Of a DNA stretch of 64,000 nucleotides, positions 61,881 to 64,000 are shown one piece after another. Position 1 is the first letter of the stretch. Each line of letters opens with the position of its first letter. The translations under genes were made by a program, and so were the position numbers. Origin of the DNA: Alphaproteobacteria bacterium (lineage in GTDB: Bacteria > Pseudomonadota > Alphaproteobacteria > Bin95); NCBI GenBank assembly GCA_965660545.1, contig CBFIAF010000002.1:78335-142334 (forward strand). The letters are read 5' to 3'. The notes beneath the pieces are model-generated. The model searched no databases and had not been told where the DNA came from. It was given only the letters and a program-made list of their open reading frames with translations.

Positions 61881-62971
61881 CGGGCTTGTTCGAAGCCGTT
61901 CAAGCTATCCCAATCGAATGTCACACCTGTCCCTGGTTCATCCGGTGCCACTGCAAGACAGCTTTCGACCACTAGCGGACGTGTCGTGTGGCGGTCAATA
62001 GGGAAACTGTGGACTTCGAGCCAACCGGCGTGCGGCTGCGCGGCTAGGAGGCTGACTTGCAACTCCTGCATGCCATGACTGCACACCGGAATGCCGTGTT
62101 GTTTCGCAAGCGCAGCCACCTGAAGCCATCCAGTAATGCCGCCACAATTTGAGGCATCTGGCTGGATGAACGATAGGTTTGACTGGGCGAAGGCATATTC
62201 GAACTCATGGATTGTGTGCAGATTTTCACCCATGGCGAGCGGGCAACCCGTCGCGGCAGCGATCTCAGCATATCCGACATAGTCATCCGGGATAATGGGC
62301 TCCTCAAACCAAAGAATGTCTTGCTCCATGAACACGCGCGCTGCCTGTATCGCCTGTTCGACGGTTAGTGAATAATTGGCGTCAACCATGAAGGCCATGT
62401 CCGGGCCGATGAGCTTACGGACGGCGGCGGTGCGCTGCATGTCCTCATCCAATTCTGACTTTCCAACTTTGATTTTGACCGCATTGAAGCCGTTATCCAG
62501 ATAGCCCTGAATGTTTTTCAGCAGGCGTTCCTGGGTAAAGTTCAGATCAATTCCGCCGCAATACGCCTTCGTGGTGCGGGAAGCGCCGCCAGCCATTTGC
62601 CAAAGGGGCTGTCCCCGCGCATGTCCGCGTAGATCCCAAAGTGCGATGTCGACGGCTGAAATGGCGAAAGACGCAATCCCTCCACGAGCGACATAGTGCA
62701 TATGCCATTGCATGGCCTCATACAGCACCTCCACGTCGTCTGGTGCTTGGCCGACTAGGAATGGTGTCAAGTCGCACTGAATCATCGCCGCGACAGCAAA
62801 CCCGCCGCGCCCCCCTGTATAGCTGTAACCCGTGCCAGACCGACCATCATCCAAATGCACGGTTGCGGTTATCAGCTCGAAATGCGTATGTGTGCCATGC
62901 TTTGCATCCGCCAACGGTTCATCCAGCGGTACATGGAAAAGACGCGTTTCGATATAGTCGATTTTAGCCAT
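61877..62971 (-). CDS. Mandelate racemase / muconate lactonizing enzyme family protein (enolase superfamily)
   Basis: 364 aa. A capping domain followed by a TIM barrel with conserved acidic metal ligands (…VDANYSLT…, …FEEP…). Confidence 0.75.
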   Translation of the reverse strand: MAKIDYIETRLFHVPLDEPLADAKHGTHTHFELITATVHLDDGRSGTGYSYTGGRGGFAVAAMIQCDLTPFLVGQAPDDVEVLYEAMQWHMHYVARGGIASFAISAVDIALWDLRGHARGQPLWQMAGGASRTTKAYCGGIDLNFTQERLLKNIQGYLDNGFNAVKIKVGKSELDEDMQRTAAVRKLIGPDMAFMVDANYSLTVEQAIQAARVFMEQDILWFEEPIIPDDYVGYAEIAAATGCPLAMGENLHTIHEFEYAFAQSNLSFIQPDASNCGGITGWLQVAALAKQHGIPVCSHGMQELQVSLLAAQPHAGWLEVHSFPIDRHTTRPLVVESCLAVAPDEPGTGVTFDWDSLNGFEQAR

Positions 62972-63072
62972 TGTGCATCCTGTCTGGCGACAGTATGTGA
63001 ATTACCGAATAGGCTGTTTGTTCGCCAGAAATATAACGGAGAAACGGCCATCTGAGCAGCGTTTATCTGTTC

Positions 63073-63939
63073 TTATGCGCCAGTTCGGCGCGAGCCGGGC
63101 GCTGGCGGGTCATTTGGTGGACCAGCAAAACACTGGGCTTTGGCCATCCATGTATTCGCGTTCGAACCAGTAACAGTCAGGCCGACATCCTGAATATTTC
63201 GTGTTTGCGTGACCACTTGGCAGAAATCTGTGGCGGGGCCTTCTACGCGTTCACTGGGCGCTAATGTGTCGGCATTCCATTCCCAGATTGCGCCCGAAGG
63301 GGCAGTCAGTCGGATATGCGGTGGCGGGCCGGGTGGATCTTCGTTGCGGTTTTGGAAAGTCCAGCCGTAGGTGATTGCGCCAAGGTGGGCGATGGCGCGA
63401 ATGCCGTCATGGTCCTTACGCTCGACGCCCAGAAGGTCATAGATCGCTTGTGAATGGGACCAGGTCTCCATCAACCGTGCCGTAATGCTGGAGCGGGCGC
63501 TCATATCTGGACCAACCCATTTTACGCGAAGTTTTGGGTCTGCCTTAGCATAAGCGGCGGCGGTTTTACCCGATGATTCGCGCCATGCGGCGGCGAGGGC
63601 GCGGCCTTCTAACCCATCCACCCATCGCCGCTGGATAGATAGTAGGGTCTCGCCGCCATCCTGCGCGATCCTGCGAACTGCGCGGGCCTCTTCGTAAGCA
63701 TCCGGCTCCATCAGCGTTTGCCGTGCTGACGTGTCTCCCATGTAGAGATGGGACATGATGTCGTTAATGGTCCAGGCTTTGAACGCGGTCTTACGGACGA
63801 AATCTGCGTTGCTTAATGGTGCTAGCAAGGTCGCGAGCGCAGCGCACTCGGCTTCGAAGTCTTTAGCTTCAGCGATCATCGGGAACTCCATCAATAGGCT
63901 GTCGGCGCAATGTTGATGGAAGTGTCGCCCGGTAGCCAC
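63073..63939 (-). CDS. DinB / maleylpyruvate-isomerase N-terminal domain family protein (TIGR03083/03084-like)
   Basis: 288 aa with a GTG start. …AALATLLAPLSNADFVRKTAFKAWTINDIMSHL… resembles the metal-binding N-terminal domain of the MDMPI/DinB_2 family. The C-terminal half was not recognised. Confidence 0.45.
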   Translation of the reverse strand: MATGRHFHQHCADSLLMEFPMIAEAKDFEAECAALATLLAPLSNADFVRKTAFKAWTINDIMSHLYMGDTSARQTLMEPDAYEEARAVRRIAQDGGETLLSIQRRWVDGLEGRALAAAWRESSGKTAAAYAKADPKLRVKWVGPDMSARSSITARLMETWSHSQAIYDLLGVERKDHDGIRAIAHLGAITYGWTFQNRNEDPPGPPPHIRLTAPSGAIWEWNADTLAPSERVEGPATDFCQVVTQTRNIQDVGLTVTGSNANTWMAKAQCFAGPPNDPPAPGSRRTGA

Positions 63940-64000
63940 TAATGATGCAAGCTGGCGTTTCTGGCGACTGCTAGGCAGACTTCGGCAATCGCATCATTAG

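Overview
This 64 kb window is a GC-rich (~57%) alphaproteobacterial chromosome segment. Its gene order resembles the Rhizobiales and Caulobacterales (the cimA-gltA-gltX-comEC-lexA block and the ntrBC-ntrYX-trkA-dat-hfq-hflX block). Coding density is high and most genes are tightly coupled.

Coordinates ~1-44,000 are conserved housekeeping synteny:
- a partial LeuA-family citramalate/2-isopropylmalate synthase, then gltA and gltX;
- a multiply frameshifted comEC;
- lexA with an alpha-type GTTC-N7-GTTC SOS box;
- an unusually tight ppiD-trpE-trpG-trpD-trpC-moaC-moeA block;
- tpiA-secG-pyrG-kdsA-eno-ftsB;
- pdhA, pdhB (with an N-terminal lipoyl domain), pdhC, lpdA and lipA, followed by an SRPBCC 'RatA-like' gene;
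- cinA-pgpA-ispDF on the minus strand;
- ntrB-ntrC-ntrY-ntrX-trkA-dat-hfq-hflX-IMPase-mmsB-like, with mazG and hisI on the minus strand, then sufE and a NifU-like gene.

From ~44,000 onward the content is accessory catabolic genes around two core islands, a tRNA-Glu(CUC) and the divK-pleD cell-cycle operon:
- a cyclic amidohydrolase, an ACMSD-family amidohydrolase, an M20 deacylase and an orphan pcaHG, all upstream of the tRNA;
- downstream of pleD, a VOC protein, an NtaA/DszA-like flavin monooxygenase, and a divergent hyuB-hyuA (ATP-dependent hydantoinase/oxoprolinase/lactamase family) facing an SDR, class-III aminotransferase, MFS, DUF4387 and AtuA(DUF1446) operon, followed by an MR/MLE enolase-superfamily gene and a DinB/MDMPI-like gene.

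No rRNA, CRISPR array, IS element or integrase was recognised. The most notable observations are the comEC pseudogene, a pure (GGC)n repeat encoding a poly-Gly loop in secG, the lipoyl-domain DNA module shared by pdhB and pdhC, tandem PSBD-like motifs in pdhC, the absence of dusB upstream of ntrB, and a putative lactam/omega-amino-acid catabolic cluster.
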